The notes: generated from the sequence alone by a model not told the origin. Counted from the stretch's first letter, positions 20,176 through 30,232 are shown. The stretch is 64,000 nucleotides of DNA from a virus (IMGVR_UViG_3300044991_001407:31038-95037), one strand, 5' to 3'. Numbers and translations are program-made.

Positions 20176-20517
20176 TTATACCCCCATCCACATTAATACT
20201 TCATTGTCATATGTTGTTGTATTCATATCTTGAATAACAGCGGCATCAAGAACATGGTCAACATAAGCGCCAGAAGTATGGGCTACTGCTGTAGTACCAT
20301 CATAACCTCTCTGCTCAACAGCAAGAGTGTTTGATGACCTTGAAGAAATCAAGATTTTTTCCTCAGCGGCATAACCACGGTCAATAACAACAACAAATGG
20401 ATTATTTCCACTAGGGTATGTTGAACCATCTAGGACAGAAATAGATGAAGCTGAGTTTGAAATATTTGCTGTAATAGTTGTTCTAAGGACAGCACCACTA
20501 AATTCTCTTCTTAGCAC
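20176..20517 (-). CDS. virion structural protein
   Basis: 'EKI.......L...RGYDGTTAVAH..GA.V' motif. Confidence 0.65.
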   Translation of the reverse strand: MLRREFSGAVLRTTITANISNSASSISVLDGSTYPSGNNPFVVVIDRGYAAEEKILISSRSSNTLAVEQRGYDGTTAVAHTSGAYVDHVLDAAVIQDMNTTTYDNEVLMWMGV

Positions 20518-20526
20518 CTGCCCTCC

Positions 20527-20910
20527 TTAGTCAATACTGATATCAAGATCGCCTGTTGCAATTCTTAGAGTATCCCCAGCATCCGTTGTTTTATTTGTTG
20601 TGAGTGAACCGTACAGCAACATGTTGCCGCTAGTTGAAGCATCAAAAACACCAATTGCTACAGTGGTAGCGGCTGGCATTCCTGTGAAATCAATATTGGT
20701 GTCGTTTGATGTTGCACCACTTGCAGCACCAGTAAATGTCGCTACTTGACGAGCGTATGAACCACCAGTAACTTCTGTTCCACCACCAGCTTCACCAGGT
20801 GTAACGGTAAACAATCCTACATAAACAGCCGCTGGTTTTGTATAAGTGGTTGTACCAAGAAAGTGGTCAATCAACTTATTTTCAAGATAGTTTGTAAGAT
20901 TGCCTGCCAT
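20527..20910 (-). CDS. virion structural protein (fibre-anchor type)
   Basis: 'LTNYLENKLIDH...YVGLFT..P.E.G..TEV.GGSYARQ'. Confidence 0.7.
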   Translation of the reverse strand: MAGNLTNYLENKLIDHFLGTTTYTKPAAVYVGLFTVTPGEAGGGTEVTGGSYARQVATFTGAASGATSNDTNIDFTGMPAATTVAIGVFDASTSGNMLLYGSLTTNKTTDAGDTLRIATGDLDISID

Positions 20911-20913
20911 TAT

Positions 20914-21213
20914 TTAATCCTCCTGATTAGTATAATACAATTCCTTTTCTTCATCACTAGGCAATCTAAAATTATCTAATGTAAGAAGCAAGTTGGCTTC
21001 TTCTACTGGAAGCAAGCCCATTTTATTTCTTTGTGAAAAACGGAATCCAGATGCAGTTGAATACCCAGATCCGCTTTCAAATACAATTAAAACCTTTCCT
21101 TCTTCAGAAATGTTTTCTTCAATGATTTCTTTTTTAACCGCAACTTTCTTTGCTACAGCTTTTTTAGGTTTATTAATTTTTTCGGATGTTACGCTTGTTT
21201 CGTTGTTAGTCAT
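20914..21213 (-). CDS. hypothetical protein downstream of capsid
   Basis: Lys-rich N-terminus; leaderless TGGTAAGAT-N7-ATG. Confidence 0.6.
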   Translation of the reverse strand: MTNNETSVTSEKINKPKKAVAKKVAVKKEIIEENISEEGKVLIVFESGSGYSTASGFRFSQRNKMGLLPVEEANLLLTLDNFRLPSDEEKELYYTNQED

Positions 21214-21261
21214 ATGATCAATCTTACCACTTATGTTAATTTAAATCAATTTAAATATGAT

Positions 21262-21290
21262 AAAAGGCGGGGTTCTTGTGAACCCCGCCC
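21262..21290 (-). terminator. intrinsic terminator after major capsid gene
   Basis: GGCGGGGTTC-acaa-GAACCCCGCC stem followed by TTTT on the minus strand. Confidence 0.85.
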
Positions 21291-21313
21291 AATACCTACT
21301 TTAATTGTTTAAA

Positions 21314-22360
21314 TTAGAGTGAACGCAACTTAACATTCTTACCGATTACATATGAATCAGCATTTTCAATGTTGTTTGCAACTCTCATGTACTGTGTGTA
21401 CTCAATTGTGTCAGTCTTTGGCTTGAACTGGCGATACACTGTGATGTCACGGTGGATACCAATTACACGGTTGTTAGGGAATGTAAGTTCCACAAAACCA
21501 TGACTGCCTGCAGCTGCTGAGTAATCACCAGTTGCGGTTTCTGGCATCAAAGGTACTTCAACAAGAGGAATACCGAATGGTGAAAGACCAGTTGCACCTG
21601 GACCACCATTTGCTCTCATTGAACCTTGCAAGAACGCCATTTCACCAGCTGTTGACATTGGAGCAGGTGCGCCTGCTGTTGCCTCAGTTGCCGAGTTTGG
21701 ATTACCCAAGCTATAAATTGAATCCTGAACAAGTCCTGGACCTGTGAAGAATCGCAATTCATTGCGGCGCTGCAAGTACTTGCTTGGCAAGGTGCGAAGA
21801 ACTTTGTCAAAGACCGAACGGGAAATGTTATTTCCTCCGAAGTCTACAACATCTCCGCTTGTTCTTGCAAGCTTATTGAAGCCATCCAAAGCCTTAAGAA
21901 GACCGTTGTTTGACGATGTGTTGCCGTTGATAAACAAGTCATCAAGGTCGTTTGCTGTCTGACGAGCCATAATCTGTGCGATATGGTCTTCCAGTGAAGC
22001 GCCCTCAATGTTGTCTTCCAACGATTCTGTTGAAATATTCCAGTCAAGACGAAGCTTTACAGTTGAAAGCGATACCTTGCTGAATGTGACAGCTGCGTTT
22101 GTGCCATCATCTGTTGCTTCGGTTGCCTTTGCAAGCAAACGAGTGCCGACAGACACCTTGTCAATGTCCATCTGTGGAGTACGCATACGAATTACTCGTG
22201 CGTTCTTCATCAATACTGACTGATCAACAACGAAGTCAAGGAAGCGGTTAGCTTGCTCTGGGTAGAGAAGTCCACCACCACCACTGACTGGGCTGCTGTT
22301 TGAAACCACCGATGTGGTGACTTCGTTGGCTTTTGCCAAAATTTCTTCTTGTGTTGCCAT
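21314..22360 (-). CDS. major capsid protein (HK97 fold)
   Basis: 'GGLLYPEQANRF', 'LEDNIEG...LE', 'DL..L.INGN'; position after protease/scaffold; SD and terminator. Confidence 0.9.
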   Translation of the reverse strand: MATQEEILAKANEVTTSVVSNSSPVSGGGGLLYPEQANRFLDFVVDQSVLMKNARVIRMRTPQMDIDKVSVGTRLLAKATEATDDGTNAAVTFSKVSLSTVKLRLDWNISTESLEDNIEGASLEDHIAQIMARQTANDLDDLFINGNTSSNNGLLKALDGFNKLARTSGDVVDFGGNNISRSVFDKVLRTLPSKYLQRRNELRFFTGPGLVQDSIYSLGNPNSATEATAGAPAPMSTAGEMAFLQGSMRANGGPGATGLSPFGIPLVEVPLMPETATGDYSAAAGSHGFVELTFPNNRVIGIHRDITVYRQFKPKTDTIEYTQYMRVANNIENADSYVIGKNVKLRSL

Positions 22361-22380
22361 AGTAGTTATTCCTCCTTACC

Positions 22381-24204
22381 TTATGACCTATAACCTAGGG
22401 AGCTAATTAACTCCTGTGGCAAATATGTATTCTTCCAGAATGAAGTAGGTGCAGACTTGGCAATTGCCTCTTCTGCTACTTCTTCATCATCTTCTGGATC
22501 TACGCTCTTTTTAACAGCTCCAGCTGAAGCAAATGCCTCAACCTTTTCTGTTTGCTCAGCGAGAGCCAACTCTGCTGTTTCCAGCTTTTGTTGAAGTTCA
22601 GTACTCTGAACTTCAAAACCCTTAGCAACTGCTTCAATTTTTTCCTGAACAGAGGCTTCAACTTCTTCCTTGATTGAAGTAGCAAAACTAGCCAGTTTTT
22701 CATCAACAACAGCACTCAGAGCATCTTTAAGAACATTAATGTCCATTTCTTCCTCCTGTGTGTCTCCACTTACTTCAACGGAAGTTGAAGTTGTTTCTTC
22801 TGCGACATCTGGAACAAGCCATCCAATAAACTTTTTCAATAGACTAAGTTTACTAATTTCTTGTTCATTCATGTCAGAGATCTTATCATAAGTATTATTT
22901 AATTGCAATTCAGAGTCTTGCTGAATAATAGAATCCATTTTCTCAATCATCTCCTTAATTGTACCAAAAAGTTCATCGTCTTGTGAGAACATTTCGCTTT
23001 TTGTTGTCTTTTCAGTAGGGTTATTTGGAACACAGTTTGGAACCATGCTTCCATCCTTACCCTTCTTTTCACCTTCTTGGTGATAACCTTCCCCACAGGA
23101 AAGGTCTTCTTTCTTAACTTTCTTTTTTGGCTTAAACTTCGGAGAGCCAGATGGAAAAGGAGGAACAGTTGGTGATATGATACCATTTCTTGCTGGATAC
23201 TTAGACTCTGCATTTTCTGTTGTTACAGATGCATCTTTCTCAACATCTTCACAAGAATTGCAACCACAATCACAACCCTGATCTTTTATTAATTCCAAAA
23301 CGACATCCAACAATTCTTCGTCAAAATCATTTTCTAAGAAACCTTTTTTCTTTGAGTTCGCATAACGCTCAAGCATTCTGCGACCTTTTGCAGCAAGCTT
23401 TGCTGCATCAGCCATGTCTTGCGGCACTGGCTCACCCCACGCTGCTGCTGAGAGCGCAAGCCGTGTTGGCTCACCATTTGGCTTCTTCATTGGTCCAGAT
23501 GGATTGGTAAAAAATCTAGTTAGGAATGAACCCTTGCGGCGCATTTTTTCTGGGGTATTAGCAGCACCACGAACACCTGGCTTCAGGTTAGCACCTTCAG
23601 TTTCTTTAAAATGTCTTCTTCCAGCGGCAGTAAGACCACCCTTTGGATCTTTAAGAGGTTGTTTTGCTTTTGCTAATTGGCAATCAAGGTCACAATCAAG
23701 AGCATACTTAAGCAAACCCTCATCATTCATTTTAATAATATCAATAATAGCTAAAGCATTTGCTGGGTTATCTACAAGGCTAAGCTCGCCAAGAACATAC
23801 TTCTTAATAATATTTACTGGTTTACCACGAAAAAATTTATCTGCCGATGCAGATTTCTCAATTACTTTACCACCAATTGAAAAAGAACGAAGTGTTCCAT
23901 CAAGAACTTTTTGCCAAGTATCCTCGGCACCTTTTGAGATGTAAGCTTCTACTTTAACAGCATTGTATGATGTTCCGTCAGCGCCAGTAATAACAACTGG
24001 TTCATAACTGACAGCTTTGCCTACGGCAATAGGGGCATGCATCTCTCTAATATTCCCACCCCAGTTTGCAAAAGCTTCCTTGGATGCCTCAAAGTCAACA
24101 ATATCACCAGCTTTATCAATATTGTCTGCAGTGGCAATACCTACCACAATTCTTTGTTCCCGCTTAATCATATCAATTGGGAATGAAATATTAAAATCCG
24201 ACAT
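22381..24204 (-). CDS. prohead protease fused to a DUF6321-like insert and C-terminal scaffold
   Basis: 'IREMH...AVGK', 'LRSFSIGG', 'ELSLVDNPAN' protease motifs; 'KDPKGGLTAAGR...SFLTRF' insert; coiled-coil acidic C-terminus. Confidence 0.85.
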   Translation of the reverse strand: MSDFNISFPIDMIKREQRIVVGIATADNIDKAGDIVDFEASKEAFANWGGNIREMHAPIAVGKAVSYEPVVITGADGTSYNAVKVEAYISKGAEDTWQKVLDGTLRSFSIGGKVIEKSASADKFFRGKPVNIIKKYVLGELSLVDNPANALAIIDIIKMNDEGLLKYALDCDLDCQLAKAKQPLKDPKGGLTAAGRRHFKETEGANLKPGVRGAANTPEKMRRKGSFLTRFFTNPSGPMKKPNGEPTRLALSAAAWGEPVPQDMADAAKLAAKGRRMLERYANSKKKGFLENDFDEELLDVVLELIKDQGCDCGCNSCEDVEKDASVTTENAESKYPARNGIISPTVPPFPSGSPKFKPKKKVKKEDLSCGEGYHQEGEKKGKDGSMVPNCVPNNPTEKTTKSEMFSQDDELFGTIKEMIEKMDSIIQQDSELQLNNTYDKISDMNEQEISKLSLLKKFIGWLVPDVAEETTSTSVEVSGDTQEEEMDINVLKDALSAVVDEKLASFATSIKEEVEASVQEKIEAVAKGFEVQSTELQQKLETAELALAEQTEKVEAFASAGAVKKSVDPEDDEEVAEEAIAKSAPTSFWKNTYLPQELISSLGYRS

Positions 24205-24253
24205 TTAGCCCTCGTAGCCTACCAGCATATATTGTTTTTAACAATATTGCAAA

Positions 24254-24505
24254 TCAGCCTAGTGCAAAAACTGCTACAGCAGAAGAGGCGGTGACTACCT
24301 CAATGGTTGTATAATCGCCATCAATTTCTATGTATTCCGTAGACTCTGCTGGAAGAAGGATTGTGTATTGTCCATTAAGCTTAATGTCAACATCACTAGC
24401 ACCTTTATTATAAACATACAGCTCACTTGTGTGTTGTCCAATATTTACAACACCATCAGCTGTCACTAAATTCTTATTTGAATATACCAAACTACTTTCA
24501 CTCAT
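24254..24505 (-). CDS. small head-region protein
   Basis: Beta-rich 83-aa ORF between portal and protease. Confidence 0.6.
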   Translation of the reverse strand: MSESSLVYSNKNLVTADGVVNIGQHTSELYVYNKGASDVDIKLNGQYTILLPAESTEYIEIDGDYTTIEVVTASSAVAVFALG

Positions 24506-26156
24506 CGTATTCTCCTTGAATAAATTTACTGGTTGAATCGTTGTTCACTCCAGAATCTTGATTTTGACCACGCTCTGCTTGAGCTCCATCTGCTACTGGA
24601 TCACTTGTTGCTCCATCACCAGTTGGTGACTTGGGGGGATTGGCAGCAGAATTATTATCATTTCCTGGAGGTGCGCCAGGACCAGGATTACCAGCAGCAT
24701 TTTGTTCTTTTTTAACATTTGTTGGGAAAGGCAAAACGCTATCTCCGTCATATCTTTCTGGCAAACCAATTTGACCTCTAACCTCGTTAGGGGTGATGAC
24801 CTCTGTGCGTAGATATCTATCATTAATTCTTGATTGAATATCTTCATCAACAAGATCAATCTTCTTCAGCCGAATTGCCATCAGGTCAGTAAACTCGGCA
24901 ATAAGTCTGTTTAGTTTCTTTTCAATAATTGATTGATCTGGACCAATCACCTGCATCTTAAAACTCTTGTCAGCATCTCTTGATACAGCCAGGTTGGCAT
25001 TGTCATAAACACCAACTTTTGGTGCAGGAACCCTATTTGCAACAAGAATTTCATCACGATTTGATTTACGATATTTATCAAAAGAAGAATCTTGAATTCC
25101 AGCTTCAAGTTTTTCAAATTTAATATCAGTGTCTGTTCCAAGACTTGCAGGAATTGGAATAACTAGCGTACCGTGATTGCGACCCTTAACTTCGTTTCTA
25201 AAATAATTAATCAACTCCTGCTTTGACTTATTGCTAAGTTTTGCACCTTTAATAAGAATTGCATAACGGGGGATTGCTTTATTTTCAAAATAATCAATAT
25301 TATATTCTTTTGCAAACTTATCACCAACAATTGCTGCAGCAGCAGAAACTGCTGATGGAATTCCATAGTATGTATTATTTGGTGAGTAGATTTTGAAATG
25401 AATCAGCTCGTTTGGCTTTGGATCATTATTAATTGGATCGGGAGTTTCTTTATCTTGAAACTGCCTAAAAAATACTGCTTGAATTTTATTTGTTTTTGCA
25501 ATCTGAACATAACCATCACGCTTCCTGCGAACACGAACAAGTGTTGCTGGAACATGACCAATGTAACCAATCTGACCAGAGTTATTACGACCAATTTCAA
25601 GATAGCCATTGCCAACAGTTAAGACATCCTGCCATACACGAACCAAGGTTTCAATCAAAGTTTCTTCAATGTTTAAATTCTCAAATGTTTCATCAAGGTT
25701 TTCTTTAAGATCCTGATACTGCTGTCTTAGTCTTGTAATCTTTTCCTCACTTCCGTGAGCTTTTTCAATTTTTCTTTTAGCCTTAAGTGTCTCTACAAAT
25801 TCATATCCAAGACCAACCGTGTTCATAACACGAGCATTGATTGCTGCGTAATGAATCGCACTCTGGTCATACAGACCAGCAAGCGTATCTAGATCATATG
25901 GAGGGTTTACAATATCGTAAAGTGAATATCCACTTACAACTTCTGGGTCAACATATTTTGACTTAGTACCATCTTCTCCTTCATGCTTCTTTTGCAGACG
26001 CATTGCTTTGCGTTTCATTTTTGGAGAAAGAGATGAAATTTTTACAAAAGAAAAAGGATCGGTATCTTCGGTTTTTGATGTAAACCCCATGTATGAAACA
26101 TCATCTATTTCAGTTTCAACATAATCATCCTGCACGAGCTCCATCTTCTTATCCAT
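24498..26156 (-). CDS. portal protein
   Basis: 'PPYDL..LA.L', 'GNGYLEI.RN..G', 'YYGIP', 'YFENKAIP', 'ITPNEVR'; start MDKKM with SD AGGAG. Confidence 0.9.
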   Translation of the reverse strand: MDKKMELVQDDYVETEIDDVSYMGFTSKTEDTDPFSFVKISSLSPKMKRKAMRLQKKHEGEDGTKSKYVDPEVVSGYSLYDIVNPPYDLDTLAGLYDQSAIHYAAINARVMNTVGLGYEFVETLKAKRKIEKAHGSEEKITRLRQQYQDLKENLDETFENLNIEETLIETLVRVWQDVLTVGNGYLEIGRNNSGQIGYIGHVPATLVRVRRKRDGYVQIAKTNKIQAVFFRQFQDKETPDPINNDPKPNELIHFKIYSPNNTYYGIPSAVSAAAAIVGDKFAKEYNIDYFENKAIPRYAILIKGAKLSNKSKQELINYFRNEVKGRNHGTLVIPIPASLGTDTDIKFEKLEAGIQDSSFDKYRKSNRDEILVANRVPAPKVGVYDNANLAVSRDADKSFKMQVIGPDQSIIEKKLNRLIAEFTDLMAIRLKKIDLVDEDIQSRINDRYLRTEVITPNEVRGQIGLPERYDGDSVLPFPTNVKKEQNAAGNPGPGAPPGNDNNSAANPPKSPTGDGATSDPVADGAQAERGQNQDSGVNNDSTSKFIQGEYDE

Positions 26157-26490
26157 TCTGTCTCCTATTGTCAAAGTGTTCATCAAACATATCTTCAAAC
26201 GGGTCAGCTACAAATCCGTTAGCTAACCTCTCTGTTTGATCATCTCTTTCTGCGGCAGAAATTTTTCTACCTCCAGCAATCCATCTAACATGCCCATCGT
26301 CATCGCCAGACCAGTACTTACCAGCATCAAGAACTCTTTTCTCAATGCTTAAATCATACATAATACCCTCTGCTGAAAGGACACCATCGCCATCCGACAA
26401 CGCTTCACCTTCAGCTGTAAAGTATACGCACACCCCATAGGAGCGCTCTGGAACCCAAATATTTTTATCTTTGATCATATCTGACGACAT
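26149..26490 (-). CDS. hypothetical protein
   Basis: Overlaps the portal start; leaderless TATAAT-N7-ATG. Confidence 0.7.
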   Translation of the reverse strand: MSSDMIKDKNIWVPERSYGVCVYFTAEGEALSDGDGVLSAEGIMYDLSIEKRVLDAGKYWSGDDDGHVRWIAGGRKISAAERDDQTERLANGFVADPFEDMFDEHFDNRRQNG

Positions 26491-26543
26491 AGGTTTAATT
26501 ATACACTAGTTTTAATCAAAAACAGTACAAGTATGTTCGGATA

Positions 26544-28472
26544 TCAGCGTATTGGGCATGCACCTGTTGCGCAATCATCCATGTCAATCATTAGATCACT
26601 AGAGTTTTGCTGAAGTGGGATTGAAAAGTCTAATTTTGCAACAGACTTGTTGTACTCTTCCTCGGTGATTTCTTCATACGGAGGAAGGGGAAAGTTATGA
26701 TCAACATGAAGTAGGAAAGAAACGCTCTTCACTGATGAGTCGTAGTTGGAGGCAAGCCACTCTTTAATTGATGACAACTCCTCTTTGCGATAATACACCG
26801 TTACAGAAACAGCATTATCAGCCCATTCAGTTTGCATCTTCTTTACCCACTCAAGCTGATCTATTGCAGTCATGTTTGCGGCTAACACAGCACCCTCTGG
26901 TGATTTGCATGGGAACTCAACAACATAGCGAGTATGATCTTCACGACCATCTAGCCCAATATCCCAAACAACCTTGTACCCACGCTTACGACAGGCATCA
27001 ACTAGTGGATCAACGGAGCTAAACCGAACTCTTCTTGTATAGAAATTAGCAAATGCTGGGTGGATACCTGGTGTCACACCTGGTAGCAACGAAAGAGTTC
27101 CAGATGGCTGAACAGTAGTGAGTCTCACCGAAGGGTTCCAGCCATGATCTTCACTATAAGACTTATCAAAACTCTTAAGATATGCATAGGTCTCATCAAG
27201 CCATGCAACTTGTTTCTCCGTTGCCTGAAGAATACCCGTCACAGACTGACCAAGGCGACCATTTTTATGAACAATAGTGTTCGTCTTTTCATATGGATAC
27301 GAAAGCCTTGTAATCTGTTTCTGAACCATGTACAGAAGTCTTGATACCTCAAGCATTTGAGCCAATGACTCAATGTTTGGCAAAAAGATTGTAGATAGGT
27401 TACAAGATTCACCATCTGATAGTGCAATTTCTGCACATGGATTAAATCCCTCTACTGTTGGGTCTGGTGACTTCTCACCAAGTCTGCCATATGTTCTTGC
27501 CATTCTTCTGTTTAATAAACCGTATGGCTCACCAGTTCCGTCATACCCCTTCCAGAATTCTGGAACAATCTCATCATAGGAGTCTGCATAAATACTATTA
27601 TTGCTGTTTGATCTCCAGGCTGGTACATTACCGCTTCCCCAGTTTTTTGCACGAAGGAATAACATATCGTCAGGATCGCCAATAGCAATCTGTGCTGAAC
27701 GGCGTGAAGAGCCAGAAATTACAATACGACCAATGATGTTGCAAATATCCAACACATCAACTGAGCGAAGTTTTTTCCCAACACGATTATCAAGAACTTT
27801 ACCAATATCAACAAGACCTTCTACAAGAGCTCCTGGACCAGAAGCAATGCCACCAAATGTCTTTAGTGGTGCCCCATATTCACGAATGAGAATTGTTGAA
27901 TATGTAAAGGATTTTCCAGTAATAAAATAAGATTCAAGAACCTTATGAAGAAGCTCTCTCCAACCCTGTCTTGAGTCTGGAACAATGAAGTCAGCGTCTG
28001 CGGTTCTTTCTGCTGTGATGTAATTAACTTTTTTAATCTTTGGCAGGTCGTGAATCTTTGAACGCTCAACAGAAAAGCCAACACCACCACCAAGCATCAA
28101 GTAATCAAACAAAAGCTCAAAGTCTTCAATCTTCTCAATATTTGTATAAAAACAATTATTAAGGGAAGTTCCAGAAAACTTACTTACAAGAGGTGTACCG
28201 AGCTGCCAGAGGGCTCTGCCAGAGACTGAGCACCTAAGGTTAAACATATGATCAAACAATTTCTCCGCTTCTTCCTGGGAAAAAGGAACTCCGATTTCAA
28301 CAGCGCCATTAATAATTCTTTTTATGGTTTGAACCCAAGACTCTGTTGAGTCAGTTCCTTCAATCTTGCGACTATATGTCCTAAGGAACACAACTTCTCC
28401 AAGCCCACCAAAACCCCAAGGCGGGGTCTTTGAACCATAACTAGCAATAAAATCATTTGACAACAGTGACAT
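26544..28472 (-). CDS. nrdJ: adenosylcobalamin-dependent (class II) ribonucleotide reductase
   Basis: 'RTYSR', 'SLNNC', 'RRSA', catalytic 'NPCAE', 'TTVQPSGT', C-terminal 'CATGACPIR'. Confidence 0.93.
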   Translation of the reverse strand: MSLLSNDFIASYGSKTPPWGFGGLGEVVFLRTYSRKIEGTDSTESWVQTIKRIINGAVEIGVPFSQEEAEKLFDHMFNLRCSVSGRALWQLGTPLVSKFSGTSLNNCFYTNIEKIEDFELLFDYLMLGGGVGFSVERSKIHDLPKIKKVNYITAERTADADFIVPDSRQGWRELLHKVLESYFITGKSFTYSTILIREYGAPLKTFGGIASGPGALVEGLVDIGKVLDNRVGKKLRSVDVLDICNIIGRIVISGSSRRSAQIAIGDPDDMLFLRAKNWGSGNVPAWRSNSNNSIYADSYDEIVPEFWKGYDGTGEPYGLLNRRMARTYGRLGEKSPDPTVEGFNPCAEIALSDGESCNLSTIFLPNIESLAQMLEVSRLLYMVQKQITRLSYPYEKTNTIVHKNGRLGQSVTGILQATEKQVAWLDETYAYLKSFDKSYSEDHGWNPSVRLTTVQPSGTLSLLPGVTPGIHPAFANFYTRRVRFSSVDPLVDACRKRGYKVVWDIGLDGREDHTRYVVEFPCKSPEGAVLAANMTAIDQLEWVKKMQTEWADNAVSVTVYYRKEELSSIKEWLASNYDSSVKSVSFLLHVDHNFPLPPYEEITEEEYNKSVAKLDFSIPLQQNSSDLMIDMDDCATGACPIR

Positions 28473-28545
28473 CTATATACCTCCAAAAGTAAGAACAACT
28501 AGTTTAGACGCTGAGCATAGCAGAGTCAAAGATTAGTACTTAGGA

Positions 28546-29559
28546 CTACGACAAAGATTTTTGATAAAAATCAAGACGGTTTAAAATTTTATCTGCGACA
28601 GATGACCAAGACCACTCGGAGTGAATAATCCTTGCTGATTTAAACGCATACTTTTTAAAATCATCATACTCATTTACAACATTTTCCATTAAGTCAAGGA
28701 GTTGTTGAAAATTTGGACTTGCCCAATCCCCAGTATCACAATCGTAGAGATGATCTTGCCAATCAGCTTTTACAAAACTAGCCTCAAGAGGAATGCCATA
28801 TTTTGCAAAATCAGCACAACCAGTTAAGTTTGTGACAATTGTTGGTAGACCAGTTGCAATTGCCTCAAAAGGAATCATTCCAAAACCTTCACCCATTGTT
28901 GGATAAACCATACAATGGCATTTGTGATACAAAGATACTAAATCTTCTGTGCTAAAGTTATCTGGAATCCCAAGAATCTGAGGGTGATTATGAGCTGGCA
29001 CAAGTTGATCATTAACATAACACTCTGCATAGCAGAACTTGTTATACTTTAAAACTAGTTGAAAATCTTCATTGCCATCGTATAACTCAAGAAAAGCGTC
29101 AACAACCATTTGTGCATTTTTTCTTTTTGAATCTCCGCCGACATGTAAGAAGTTAAACTTCCCAGTTAGTTCTCTTTCAAGTATAGAAAATTCTGGAGAG
29201 ATACCGTGAGGGATGGTAAATACATTTGCATTCACATTGTGTTTAATATAAATATCTCTGATGAAATCAGATGTAGCCCAAACCTCATCACACTTACGCA
29301 TGTTATCAATCCAGTGTGGAGGGATCTTGGTTGACTCCCAAGGAGTATAACCAATATTGTATTTTGACTTTAGCTGATAGTAAGTTGGGGGGCAGAAGTT
29401 GATGTGATACGGAATGTCTTCTCGTGTATAAAACACCGCACACTCTTTTTCCTGCAAGGCTCTGATTGTAGACAGGGCAGCATTATAGTAACCCTGGCTA
29501 TACCAAGTGTCACCAGATGCATCTACATGATTTAGACTAAACCAGCTAATTTTTTTCAT
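28546..29559 (-). CDS. GT4-family glycosyltransferase
   Basis: 'YTPWES', 'IPHGI', 'RKN', 'EGFGMIPFEAIATGLP'. Confidence 0.9.
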   Translation of the reverse strand: MKKISWFSLNHVDASGDTWYSQGYYNAALSTIRALQEKECAVFYTREDIPYHINFCPPTYYQLKSKYNIGYTPWESTKIPPHWIDNMRKCDEVWATSDFIRDIYIKHNVNANVFTIPHGISPEFSILERELTGKFNFLHVGGDSKRKNAQMVVDAFLELYDGNEDFQLVLKYNKFCYAECYVNDQLVPAHNHPQILGIPDNFSTEDLVSLYHKCHCMVYPTMGEGFGMIPFEAIATGLPTIVTNLTGCADFAKYGIPLEASFVKADWQDHLYDCDTGDWASPNFQQLLDLMENVVNEYDDFKKYAFKSARIIHSEWSWSSVADKILNRLDFYQKSLS

Positions 29560-29567
29560 TAAAGGTG

Positions 29568-29807
29568 TTACTCTTTTTCATTCTCCAGAACGATTTTGTC
29601 TGACGACATAGACAAACATTTTACACCTTTTTGCATCAGCTCGTTGGCTGTTTCTTCAGATATTTCTACGCTGATTGGCATGTTGGTAAAAACACACCTT
29701 GTAGCCGCAAGATAAAAATCATCAAATTTGACAACACTGATTTGTTCGGGGTCAACAATTGCAGCAGGACCATAATCATCTGATTCTACAACAGCAATAA
29801 TCTGCAT
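29568..29807 (-). CDS. hypothetical protein
   Basis: Leaderless TGGTAAGGT-N6-ATG; first gene of the leftward block. Confidence 0.65.
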   Translation of the reverse strand: MQIIAVVESDDYGPAAIVDPEQISVVKFDDFYLAATRCVFTNMPISVEISEETANELMQKGVKCLSMSSDKIVLENEKE

Positions 29808-29995
29808 GCTTCTACCTTACCATCTTTTCCGTTCGGAACATAGTGCTGGTATGCTTAGTATACTAAGTATATAAGTATATATAGTTTATAAGTATGCTAG
29901 GTTTTCCCGCATGCCCGCATGCGAAGCATACCATGAAATCTGAAAAAATTCCTGAGTAAATGATTTTTTTTTAATTTCTCTGATATCCTGTCTAC

Positions 29996-30232
29996 ATGTC
30001 AAATTTTTTCTTTTGGATAGTCTGGTTTACTGTATCTGCTTTTGGTCTGAAGTACTCTACAAATCAATTACTGGATAAGGATCTTAGCATACAGGCAAGC
30101 TTTGTTATTATGTTTATTTATCAATGGATTAGATTTGTTAAACCAACAGATAAAGTTAATACTAATACAAATAAAACTTTACCTCCACCAAATACTAATA
30201 CTAAAAATAAGCGTAAATATGAGAATAACTAG
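29996..30232 (+). CDS. small membrane protein
   Basis: Two hydrophobic segments; leaderless TGATATCCT-N6-ATG. Confidence 0.6.
   Translation: MSNFFFWIVWFTVSAFGLKYSTNQLLDKDLSIQASFVIMFIYQWIRFVKPTDKVNTNTNKTLPPPNTNTKNKRKYENN

Noticed and set aside
2410-24208. Numerous plus-strand and alternative-frame ORFs in the structural region
   Set aside because: Shadow ORFs of Gly/Thr/Ala-rich minus-strand genes, with no recognisable motifs
26544-28472. Intein or intron in the RNR
   Set aside because: Compact 642-aa continuous ORF with motifs in normal order and no intein terminal signatures
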